From NCBI GenBank assembly GCA_044222185.1, contig JBGANV010000002.1, forward strand, positions 416,001-480,000: a DNA stretch of 64,000 bases. The letters run 5' to 3'. This document shows, piece after piece, positions 29,167 to 37,368 of the stretch (positions within the stretch are counted from its first letter, which is position 1; each line of letters starts with the position of its first letter). Source of the DNA: Planctomycetota bacterium (GTDB lineage Bacteria > Planctomycetota > GCA-002687715 > CAIWVZ01). Both the position numbers and the translations under genes were made by a program. The notes beneath the pieces were generated by a model that had not been told where the DNA came from, made no database searches, and saw only the letters and a program-made list of their open reading frames with translations.

Positions 29167-29559
29167 ATGCAACGGCAGCACTACTCGTCGGGGACTACGT
29201 GGGAACCGATCGTCGGGTACTCGAGGGCTGTCAAGGTCGGCAACCTCGTGTTCGTATCGGGGACGACCGCGACGGGGCCCGAAGGTCACGTCGTCGGAAT
29301 CGGTGACCCCCACGCGCAGACGGTGCAGATCCTGCGCAACATCGAGCGCGCGCTCACCGCTCTCGGAGCCAGGCTCGAGGATGTGGTTCGTACGCGGATC
29401 TACGTCACCGACATCACTCAATGGGAGAAGGTCGGCCGCGCCCACGGTGAGTTCTTCGGCCACATTCGTCCTGCCACCGCCATGGTGGAGGTCCGGAAAC
29501 TGATCGCCCCGGAAATCCTGGTGGAAATCGAGGCGGACGCCGTGGTCGGCGGGGGTTAG
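29167..29559 (+). CDS. RidA/YjgF/UK114 family protein
   Basis: [25 protein letters not shown] and LVEIEADA. Confidence 0.93.
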   Translation: MQRQHYSSGTTWEPIVGYSRAVKVGNLVFVSGTTATGPEGHVVGIGDPHAQTVQILRNIERALTALGARLEDVVRTRIYVTDITQWEKVGRAHGEFFGHIRPATAMVEVRKLIAPEILVEIEADAVVGGG

Positions 29560-29683
29560 CGGCCAGCCGGGATCCGTGATCGCGGGCTCGAGACCGACCA
29601 CGCGGTGGATCGACCGGCACGGCGCGGGCCCCTCCGGTACGCTTCTGGCTCCCCGTGCCGTCGACGCCAGGAGCCCGTCACCG

Positions 29684-30796
29684 ATGAACTCACCCAGCCT
29701 GGTCCTTTGTGCCGTCACGCTGTGCGTTCTCTTGCCTGCGCAACAACCGAACAGCCCGTTTGCATCGTTGACCGTCGATGGGAACGCCGGACCTCCGAAC
29801 CCGGTCACCATCAACGTCCGGAACAACACGACGGCGACCATCGCCATCGGCGGCGTACCCAACTCACCGTTTGCGCTCTACGGGTCCGCCACCGGGCTTC
29901 TCACTCCGGGCGCAGCGACGACCCCGGGCGGGATCGTCGATCTCCCGTTGGCGCCGCTGCCGTTTCTCGCCATCGACGGGTTTGCCAACCCGGCATTCAC
30001 GACGGGAACCTCGGGCGTCTTCACGCTGCCGATCGCGATTCCCCAGACCGTCGCCGTGGGATTCAGTGCGGCACAGCAATGCGTCGTCGCGAGCGCGTTC
30101 ACGGCTGGCGGGTTCCGGCTGAGTGCTGCCACACGCGAGATCGTGACGCAGGGACCGGTGACGGTGAACTTGAGCGTGGGCGATGACACGTCGACCGCCG
30201 TCTCGCTCGTGCCCTTTGGGTTCACGGTTCCCTTCTACGGAACGAGCTACACGAGCGTCTATCTCTGCTCGAACGGATTCGCCACGCTTGGCGGTCCGGA
30301 CAACACGTTCGCCGCGAGCCTCACCGTCATGAACTCGGGGTTGCCTCGGGTCGCGGGCTTCTGGGCCGATCTGATCCAGAACGCAGGGCAGTCCGTGTCG
30401 TACACCGTCGACGCCAACCCGGGTCCCGGCGTGCCACAGTGGATCCAGTTCTCGTTCTCGGGCATCTCCGAGTTCGCATTGCCGTCGACGGTCCACACCT
30501 TCTCCATGTACCTCGACGCCAACGGGCTCTGCCAGATCACGGAGTCGGGTGCGACCGCGGGTCCCGCCATTCAGTGCATCGTCGGCATCGGTGCCGGGGG
30601 CAACACCTCCGCCCTGGGGTCGCGCGACCTGACCGTGCTCCAGGCGGCGGTGACTCTCGGAGCCGTCAACGACCCCTTCTTCGAGCTCTTCGCCACACCC
30701 GGCAACGCCTACGACCTGTTCGGCCGCACGTTGAGCTTCCTGCCCTCGGGCACGGGCGCTCTGCCGGGTTCGACGAACCGGTATGTGATCTACTGA
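29684..30796 (+). CDS. Secreted protein: conserved ~140-aa domain followed by a NIDO-like domain
   Basis: RBS AGGAG and signal peptide; NSPFASLTVDG domain, then GDD...GFTVPFYGTSYTSVYLCSNG...AGFWADL. Confidence 0.7.
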   Translation: MNSPSLVLCAVTLCVLLPAQQPNSPFASLTVDGNAGPPNPVTINVRNNTTATIAIGGVPNSPFALYGSATGLLTPGAATTPGGIVDLPLAPLPFLAIDGFANPAFTTGTSGVFTLPIAIPQTVAVGFSAAQQCVVASAFTAGGFRLSAATREIVTQGPVTVNLSVGDDTSTAVSLVPFGFTVPFYGTSYTSVYLCSNGFATLGGPDNTFAASLTVMNSGLPRVAGFWADLIQNAGQSVSYTVDANPGPGVPQWIQFSFSGISEFALPSTVHTFSMYLDANGLCQITESGATAGPAIQCIVGIGAGGNTSALGSRDLTVLQAAVTLGAVNDPFFELFATPGNAYDLFGRTLSFLPSGTGALPGSTNRYVIY

Positions 30797-30809
30797 CGCG
30801 GGGGACCTT

Positions 30810-30996
30810 GGAGCGCCGGGCTCCGCCCGGCCGGACCGGCAGGGCTCCGCCCTGCCGCGAGCACTGTCAGCCGATCGAGCCGGACCGGTCACGACGATGA
30901 TCAGTGCGGCTTGAAGGTTGCCGAGCGGTAGCCGGCCGCGCTGCCTTGGGGCAGGGCAGAGCCCTGCCCTTCCAGCCGGGCGGAGCCCGGCGCTCC
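30810..30996. repeat. REP/REPIN-like element: two 47-bp imperfect inverted repeats (30810-30856 and 30950-30996)
   Basis: GGAGCGCCGGGCTCCGCCCGGC...GGCAGGGCTCCGCCCTGCC matches the reverse complement of the second arm at 43/47; each arm has internal hairpins. Confidence 0.75.
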
Positions 30997-31108
30997 GGAT
31001 CGGACCCCGCCATCGAGTTCCTCCGAAAGGCCCAGAAGGAGATCGACGACCGGTACCGCAAGCCGGAGTCGCGGTGATCGACTCCTGATGTCCGATCCTT
31101 CAGTGCCT

Positions 31109-31134
31109 GACCGTCCTATGTCGATAGGACGGTC
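31109..31134. promoter_or_regulatory. GntR/YtrA operator: perfect 11-bp inverted repeat
   Basis: GACCGTCCTAT-GTCG-ATAGGACGGTC directly abuts the GTG start of the GntR gene. Confidence 0.7.
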
Positions 31135-31542
31135 GTGCAGGCAATCCGCGTAGATCCAGGCAGTCCCATCGGGCCGGCGCGACAGATCGTCGAGGCGGTG
31201 CTCGATCGCATCGCCGTCGGCGAGCTCGAACCCGGCGATCGGCTGTCGAGCGTCCGCGAGCTGGCCATGGAGGCCATGGTCAACCCGAACACGGTGGGGA
31301 AGGCCTACCGCGACCTGGGCTTCCTCGGCGTCGTCGTCTCGCGATCGGGCTCGGGAGTCTTCGTCAGCGACGAGGCTCCGGAGATCGCGCGACAGGCGCG
31401 CCGCCGCACGACGTTGGATGAGTTTCGACGCGCGGCCGCGCAGGCGTTGCGCGCGGGCCACGATGAAGACCGGCTGCTGCGTGTGATCGAGCAGCTCGCG
31501 CGGACCACGGATGAAGCGGTCACGAGAGGAGAGCGACGATGA
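31135..31542 (+). CDS. GntR family (YtrA subfamily) transcriptional regulator
   Basis: PGDRLSSVRELA..VNPNTVGKAYRDL..GSGVFV; short C-terminal domain; precedes an ABC ATPase. Confidence 0.9.
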   Translation: MQAIRVDPGSPIGPARQIVEAVLDRIAVGELEPGDRLSSVRELAMEAMVNPNTVGKAYRDLGFLGVVVSRSGSGVFVSDEAPEIARQARRRTTLDEFRRAAAQALRAGHDEDRLLRVIEQLARTTDEAVTRGERR

Positions 31543-32276
31543 GTCATCCGGCATTCCAAGCCCGATCCGTCCGAAAGGCGTTCGGGCGCAAGGTCGTCCT
31601 CGACGACCTGAACCTCTGCGTGGATCGCGGCGACGTGCTCGCCTTGCTCGGCCGCAACGGCACGGGCAAGACGACGTTCCTTCGCGCCGCGCTGGGCATG
31701 GTGGAGATCGACGGCGGATCGATCGAAGTCGCCGGGTTCGACGCGCGACGCGAGCCGATTGCGCTTCGCCGCGTCGTCGGCTTCGTGCCCGATCGACCGG
31801 ACGTCTACCCGTGGATGACGGTCGTGGATCTCATGCGCTTCCTCGCGCCTCATTACCCAAACTGGAATCGCCACGAGGCCACCCGACTGATCGAGACGTT
31901 CGACGTGCCGACCGACGTCCCGTTCCGCGGCCTGTCGCGCGGCCAGGCGACGAAGGCCCTCCTCGCCGCCGCCCTCGCGCCCATGCCGCAGGTGTTGATC
32001 CTCGACGAACCGTTCGCCGGCCTCGATCCCGTGGCACGGGACGAACTCGTCCGCGGCGTCATCGGCGAACTTCGCGCCGAGTCACGAACGATCCTCGTCG
32101 CGACGCACGACCTCGACGTCGCTGCGCGCCTTGCGGATCGCGTCGCATTCCTCGGCCAGGGACGGATTCAGCGCCTCGCGACCATGGACGAGATCACGAA
32201 CGACGACGAGTCCACCGCCGCATCGCAGGCACTGCGAAGCGCATTCGAGCTGGCGACGACCGGAGCCCCGTCATGA
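31539..32276 (+). CDS. ABC transporter ATP-binding protein
   Basis: GRNGTGKTT, LSRGQ, ILDEPFAGLD and ATH. Confidence 0.93.
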   Translation: MSHPAFQARSVRKAFGRKVVLDDLNLCVDRGDVLALLGRNGTGKTTFLRAALGMVEIDGGSIEVAGFDARREPIALRRVVGFVPDRPDVYPWMTVVDLMRFLAPHYPNWNRHEATRLIETFDVPTDVPFRGLSRGQATKALLAAALAPMPQVLILDEPFAGLDPVARDELVRGVIGELRAESRTILVATHDLDVAARLADRVAFLGQGRIQRLATMDEITNDDESTAASQALRSAFELATTGAPS

Positions 32277-34222
32277 GCCCCACGTTCACGTTCCTGTGGA
32301 AGGAGTCACGCGAGAACCGCGCCACGCTGATCGCCATCGCGGCACTGATGCTCGTCGCCGTCACGGCGTTGTTCGTCGTCGCCAACCCGGCCACGCTCGC
32401 CGGCAGCTCGGTGCCGTTCCTCGTGGCCGCCCTCGGCGTGCTCGCCGTGTCGCTGACGCTTGCGCCCAGCGTCGTACCGGCCGAAGCTTCCGGAGACGGT
32501 GCGCGCTTCCTCTCGCGGCTGCCCATCAGTCCTGGGACCGTACTTCGCGGCAAGATGCTGTTCCTCGCGTGCTGCGCGCTCGGGGCCGCAACCGTCGGCT
32601 TCGCCGTCGGACGCGTCGCCCAGGATCTCTTCCTCGCGAAACCCGACCCGCTCGTGGCTTCGTGGAACGATCTCGCTCTGCTCGCCCTTCCGTTCTTCAT
32701 CCTCGGCTCGTGGATGCTGGCCATCTCCTGCTGGGTACCGCGGGCACTCGTCGTCATCCCGGCGATCGTCGTCATTGCGGTCGTCGTGGGGCTGCCCGTG
32801 CATCTCGCTCTCGACGCTCGCGGACTCGTCGTCGGACGGGAGCGGTGGATCGTCGTCTGGGCGATCGCTGCCATCACGCCGGTGATCCTCACGGCAATCT
32901 CCTGGTTCGGAGGAACGGGACGTGGAGACATCAAGCGGGGCGCACGGCGAGGAGTCGCCACGTTGTTCGTGTGCACCATTCCCGTTTGGGGCTGGGCCGG
33001 TTTGACCCGTTACGCGTTCGAAGTCTGCGATCCCCTGGGCCCGAGCGTGGGCATCGATGGAGCGTTCGTGTCGCCGGACTTCAAGCGGGCATTCCTCACC
33101 GTGATCACGGGCGAGGGCATGGGGATCACGTACTGCGTCGAGGCGGATCTCGAACGTGGGACCTGGCGTCAGGTCGGAGAACCAGGCGCTTCGTATCGAT
33201 CGATCGCCGCGATCGAGTTGCTCGACGGGTGGGACACGTTCGGCCCGCGAGCCCACGTGGTCCAGATGTCGAATCGTGGCGAGATCGGGATCGTCGACAC
33301 GAAGACCGCGGCACTCGTGCGCGTCCTGCCACCCAACAAACCCAGCATCACGATTCCTGACCTGCTTCGCGCCGACCTCCGCGGGTCGGCGCGCTTTCGT
33401 GATGCGGCGGGACACCGCGTCTGGAGCTGGGCGAATGGATTCGAACGTGAGCGGGACGATGGCTCCGTCGAGTTTCTATCCGTTCGAGATGACGCCGGCT
33501 CCGTGCGCTTTCCGATGTTCGGAGGGTGGATGAGGCCGCTGCAGCCGGGGACCCCTTCGCGCACGGCGGGGCGGAGATCCGCGTGGTTCGACCCGGTCCG
33601 ATTCGCCTACGTGCAAGACGACGTCCAGGGCCGCCGAACGACGTGGGGCGGTCTCGTCGGCGGCCGTTGGCTCCATCGATTCGTGGGTGACGACAAGCGC
33701 GTCGAGGAGTGGGCACTCGTCGATCCGACGACCGGCGCGCAGGCGACCGCGCACGGCATCGGACGCGACGATGAAGTCCTCAGCGTCGTGGACTCGAGCC
33801 GCGTCCTCGTGCAGTCCGGACCGACGTCCGCGACCGACGATCCGCGGCACGAGCTCGTCGACCCCGCGACAGGGGCCGCGGTCGTGCTCCGGGACTCGGC
33901 CGGTCGACCGTTCCGCGGAACCTTCGCCGCGGCGGGCCTGGACCGGCTCCGCCCGATTCATGCTCCGACGGGCGGAATCCTCATGCACGTGAACACGTCT
34001 GACGGCATCCGGCTGGCCCGCCTCGATTTCGACGGCGTGGTGCTCGTTGCCGGAGGCGCGGCCGTCGTCGCCGACGGACCAGGAGGTGACGGGTGGAGGC
34101 TGCGGCCGCTCGCCTGCGACTCGCAGGATTCGGTGATCGTGCTCGTGGACGGGCGCCAGATCTTCCGTCTGCACTTCGGCGATGATCGCTGCGAGCTCCT
34201 CTGGCCCCGTCGCCGAGAGTGA
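32273..34222 (+). CDS. ABC-2-type permease fused to a large extracytoplasmic beta-rich domain
   Basis: WKE.R start, E...G...FL..LP.S......K motif and ~7 TM segments, then ~390 aa of propeller-like soluble sequence; ATGA overlap. Confidence 0.7.
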   Translation: MSPTFTFLWKESRENRATLIAIAALMLVAVTALFVVANPATLAGSSVPFLVAALGVLAVSLTLAPSVVPAEASGDGARFLSRLPISPGTVLRGKMLFLACCALGAATVGFAVGRVAQDLFLAKPDPLVASWNDLALLALPFFILGSWMLAISCWVPRALVVIPAIVVIAVVVGLPVHLALDARGLVVGRERWIVVWAIAAITPVILTAISWFGGTGRGDIKRGARRGVATLFVCTIPVWGWAGLTRYAFEVCDPLGPSVGIDGAFVSPDFKRAFLTVITGEGMGITYCVEADLERGTWRQVGEPGASYRSIAAIELLDGWDTFGPRAHVVQMSNRGEIGIVDTKTAALVRVLPPNKPSITIPDLLRADLRGSARFRDAAGHRVWSWANGFERERDDGSVEFLSVRDDAGSVRFPMFGGWMRPLQPGTPSRTAGRRSAWFDPVRFAYVQDDVQGRRTTWGGLVGGRWLHRFVGDDKRVEEWALVDPTTGAQATAHGIGRDDEVLSVVDSSRVLVQSGPTSATDDPRHELVDPATGAAVVLRDSAGRPFRGTFAAAGLDRLRPIHAPTGGILMHVNTSDGIRLARLDFDGVVLVAGGAAVVADGPGGDGWRLRPLACDSQDSVIVLVDGRQIFRLHFGDDRCELLWPRRRE

Positions 34223-34348
34223 GCCCGGACCCCGGTCGCAGCGCGGCCTCCTTTTGGCACCGGTGCTGGGCAGGATTCCGCCGCCCCCGTTTGACGCCGT
34301 GTGCATTCCAGGCGATGCTCGCGCGCGGTCGTCGAAAGGGAGGCACGA

Positions 34349-35635
34349 ATGCGTTTGTTCATCGGTTACGTCATGGGGTTCGCGATCGCGGCTCCGATCG
34401 TCTGCCAGGCACCGAAGTACGAGAAACTGGAGGCAGAGGCGCTGGAGAAGATCCGAGCGACCTGGATCGACACCGCGAAGAAGGCGATGGAAGCGAACCA
34501 CGAGCGCCTCGGGCTGCGCGCGCTCGACGAGGCGCATCTGGCGGGAGCGACGCCGGAGGCCGTGAAGGACCTGGAGCCGCAGACCCTCAAAGCGAGGCGC
34601 CTGGAAGTCCCAAAGGACGCGCCGGGTGCGGCCGATCTGCTGAAGGCCGCGCGCATCGCGGACGGCGCGGCGGTGCAGCCGCTCCTTGCCCTTCAACCAC
34701 CGGCTGCGGCGGGACAGCGCTTCAACGAGCACCTCGTCCGCGGGCTCCTGGCCGAGCCAGGGAATGCCAAGCTCACCGCGCTGTACCAGAAGCGCACGGC
34801 GGCGGCGCTGGCGTCCAAGGATTGGTCCGCGCTGCGGTCCCTGGTGATGCGGGCCGCTGAGGTCGACCCCGATGGCTACAAGGCGGGGAAGTACAAGTCG
34901 GCGGAACAAACGCTCGTCAAGAACGGCGGCCTCGTCGTGCAGGGGCAGGAGCATCCCATGCAGGCCTATGTCGTCCTGCCGGACGATTGGACGCCGAAGA
35001 AGACCTGGCCCCTGTTCGTGTCGATTGCCGGCGCGAACTGTGCGTACGACTCGCTGCTCGCGGAACTCACCAAGAAGGCGGCGAAGAAGCCCTACATCCT
35101 CGTCGTGGCGATGACTCTGTCGAATGCGAACGAGCTGCCGTTCGGGAAAGTGCCCTACCCCAAGATCATGGTCGATCGGTTCGGCGACATGCAGACTCGA
35201 CCGGCGCGCATGACCTGGGACATCACCGGGCTCGAGAGCGTGCTCGCCGAAATCCGACGGCGGTACGCGGGCGAAGAGCCGTTCTTCATGACGGCGTACT
35301 CCGGTGGCGGCTTCTTCCTGCATTACTGGATCCAGCATCACGCCGACCAGCTCGTCGGGGCGTGCTGCGCGTCGACCAACTACGACGCGTGGATCGAGTT
35401 CGAGGCCACGAACCCATCCAACGGTGGATGCCCGATCCTCATCGTCACCGGGTCGAAGGACGAGGCGGGCCCACCCCGCATCTTTCCCCAGTGCGATCAG
35501 GCCGAGAAGCGATTGAAGGAGATGGGCTTCACCCAGGTCGAACGCAAACATCTGCCCAACCGAGATCACGAGGCATATTTCGAGTTCGGGCTGGAGCTCC
35601 TCGACAAGATCCGAGCGTCGGCGAAGAAGAAATGA
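34349..35635 (+). CDS. Secreted alpha/beta hydrolase (esterase-like) with N-terminal helical domain
   Basis: Signal peptide; YVVLPDDW..KKTWPL, nucleophile elbow AYSGGG, GSKD and RDH triad order. Confidence 0.7.
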   Translation: MRLFIGYVMGFAIAAPIVCQAPKYEKLEAEALEKIRATWIDTAKKAMEANHERLGLRALDEAHLAGATPEAVKDLEPQTLKARRLEVPKDAPGAADLLKAARIADGAAVQPLLALQPPAAAGQRFNEHLVRGLLAEPGNAKLTALYQKRTAAALASKDWSALRSLVMRAAEVDPDGYKAGKYKSAEQTLVKNGGLVVQGQEHPMQAYVVLPDDWTPKKTWPLFVSIAGANCAYDSLLAELTKKAAKKPYILVVAMTLSNANELPFGKVPYPKIMVDRFGDMQTRPARMTWDITGLESVLAEIRRRYAGEEPFFMTAYSGGGFFLHYWIQHHADQLVGACCASTNYDAWIEFEATNPSNGGCPILIVTGSKDEAGPPRIFPQCDQAEKRLKEMGFTQVERKHLPNRDHEAYFEFGLELLDKIRASAKKK

Positions 35636-35665
35636 TCCGATCCGTCGCCCCCTCGCGGGCTCGGC

Positions 35666-35708
35666 TTGACACGCCCATCAGTCCGTGATTATATAAGCCA
35701 TGACTTAT
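35666..35708 (+). promoter_or_regulatory. Sigma70-type promoter with ArsR operator overlapping the start codon
   Basis: TTGACA at 35666, AT-rich -10 region about 35689-35695, and ATAAG-N6-CTTAT inverted repeat at 35693-35708. Confidence 0.6.
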
Positions 35709-36020
35709 GAACAGACGCTCGCCGCGTTGGCCGACGGCACGCGGCGGCGACTCTTCGAACGCCTGGGCCGACGCGATCACACCGTGGGTGAACTGGCGAG
35801 CGAGCTGGGGATCTCCCAGCCCGCCGTGTCGCAGCACCTGCGCGTGCTCGAGGAAGCGAGCCTGGTCCTGAACCGCCCCGAGGGCGCGCGCCGGTACTAC
35901 CGGGCAAGTCCCGAGGGTCTGGCCGAGCTTCGTCGTTACCTCGAGTCCCAGTGGGATCAGGTCCTCGGCGCGTTTGCGGAGCAGAAACCCAAGGTGAAGT
36001 CGAAAGGCCGCAAGCGATGA
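35700..36020 (+). CDS. ArsR/SmtB family transcriptional regulator
   Basis: ALADGTRR, TVGELA and ISQPAVSQHLRVL. Confidence 0.92.
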   Translation: MTYEQTLAALADGTRRRLFERLGRRDHTVGELASELGISQPAVSQHLRVLEEASLVLNRPEGARRYYRASPEGLAELRRYLESQWDQVLGAFAEQKPKVKSKGRKR

Positions 36021-36595
36021 TTGCCGACCCGAGTCGGGAGACCCTTCCTCCGATCGTGCGCGAAGTGCGCGTGGCGTGGGACCCAGCGACGGCGTTTGCG
36101 AAGTTCACGCGCGACTTCGCGGCGTGGTGGCCCAGCGCGACGCATTCCGTGGGCGGCGATCGGGTCGAGCGCATCGTGTTCGAACCGCGCATGGGCGGAC
36201 TGATCTTCGAGCAGCACGTCGACGGGCGCCGGTTCCAGTGGGGAAGGGTTTGCGGGTGGGATCCGCCGCGAAGCGTCCGATTCTCGTGGCACCCATCCCG
36301 CGACGAGTCGACGGCGCAGGACGTTCTCGTCGAGTTCCTGCCGGCGGACGAAGGGACGACCGTTCGTCTGACGTCCGACGGCTGGGAGCGCTTCGACGCG
36401 GACCCGCGACAGGCACGCCGCGGACGCAAGGGCTACGACATGGGCTGGGGTTACATCCTGAACCTGTGGGCAGGCAAGCGAACGCTCGGCATGCGCATGC
36501 TCGACGGACTTGTCGTGATCCTGACGGCGTTGCAGAAGCTTCGCGGCGGGCGCGCCGCGACGATCGCCAAGGCGCGTGGTGAGCTGACGAGCTGA
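36017..36595 (+). CDS. SRPBCC/AHSA1 domain protein
   Basis: FT....WWP, EPRMGG, WDPP..F.W, TTVRL and GW; ATGA overlap with the ArsR gene. Confidence 0.85.
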   Translation: MIADPSRETLPPIVREVRVAWDPATAFAKFTRDFAAWWPSATHSVGGDRVERIVFEPRMGGLIFEQHVDGRRFQWGRVCGWDPPRSVRFSWHPSRDESTAQDVLVEFLPADEGTTVRLTSDGWERFDADPRQARRGRKGYDMGWGYILNLWAGKRTLGMRMLDGLVVILTALQKLRGGRAATIAKARGELTS

Positions 36596-36668
36596 GGCTC
36601 GCGCGCCGGCCGACCGTTCTTGCGCCGTGGGTGTCGTACACTGCGCGTCTTCCCTCCGGAGACAGCGC

Positions 36669-37127
36669 ATGCCGACGACCACACGAAACCCCGGCGACAT
36701 CTATCCGTCCTTGACGTACGACGATGCCGCCGCCGCCATCGATTGGCTCTGCCGCGCGTTCGGATTCGAGAAGAGGCTCGTCGTCCCGGGCCCGGATGGA
36801 ACGATCAAGCACTCCGAGCTTTCGCTGGGTGGTGCCGTCGTCATGGTGGGCTCGCCCAGACCGGCGGCCGGTCGAGTGAGCCCACGCAGTCTGGGAGGCG
36901 TGTGTCAGGCTCTCTGCGTCCACGTCGACGATGCGGACGCGCATTTCGCGCGCGCCAAGGCGGCCGGGGCTCAGATCCTCCAACCCGTCAAGGACGAGGA
37001 CTACGGATCGCGCGGCTACATGGCGAAGGACCTGGAAGACCACCAGTGGTACTTCGGCACCTATCGTCCGGGCGAACACTGGACGGAAACCCCGGTGGAC
37101 GGAGCGCCGCTCGAACCGCAGCGATAG
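36669..37127 (+). CDS. VOC/glyoxalase-bleomycin resistance family protein
   Basis: PSLTYDDAAAAIDWL..AFGF, HSEL, VDDADAH.ARA and YGSR...DLE.H.W. Confidence 0.9.
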   Translation: MPTTTRNPGDIYPSLTYDDAAAAIDWLCRAFGFEKRLVVPGPDGTIKHSELSLGGAVVMVGSPRPAAGRVSPRSLGGVCQALCVHVDDADAHFARAKAAGAQILQPVKDEDYGSRGYMAKDLEDHQWYFGTYRPGEHWTETPVDGAPLEPQR

Positions 37128-37368
37128 CGAGGATGAGCGGGCCGCCACCCCAGTCCGAACGACTCTGGCTTCTACTGGACGGAGACCCTGGGCGACGGAG
37201 CGCCGCTCGAACCGCAGCGCATCGAGGACGAGCGGCCGGATCGCTGGACGACCGCAGCGAAGCGGAGGCGTCCGGTCCGTCCGACGTCGGGACGCAGCCG
37301 GCACACGAGGATCAAGCGCCCGCGATTGCGTAAGCGCGCGACGACCGCGCCATCACCCCAGTCCGAAC
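37078..37368. repeat. Imperfect direct duplication at the junction of convergent genes
   Basis: 37078-37140 is repeated imperfectly at about 37174-37235; CACCCCAGTCCGAAC occurs at 37146 and 37354. Confidence 0.7.

Noticed and set aside
31511-32272. N-terminal extension of the permease ORF suggesting an ATPase-permease fusion
   Set aside because: It is in a different frame from the ATPase; the ATGA overlap at 32273 gives the true start.
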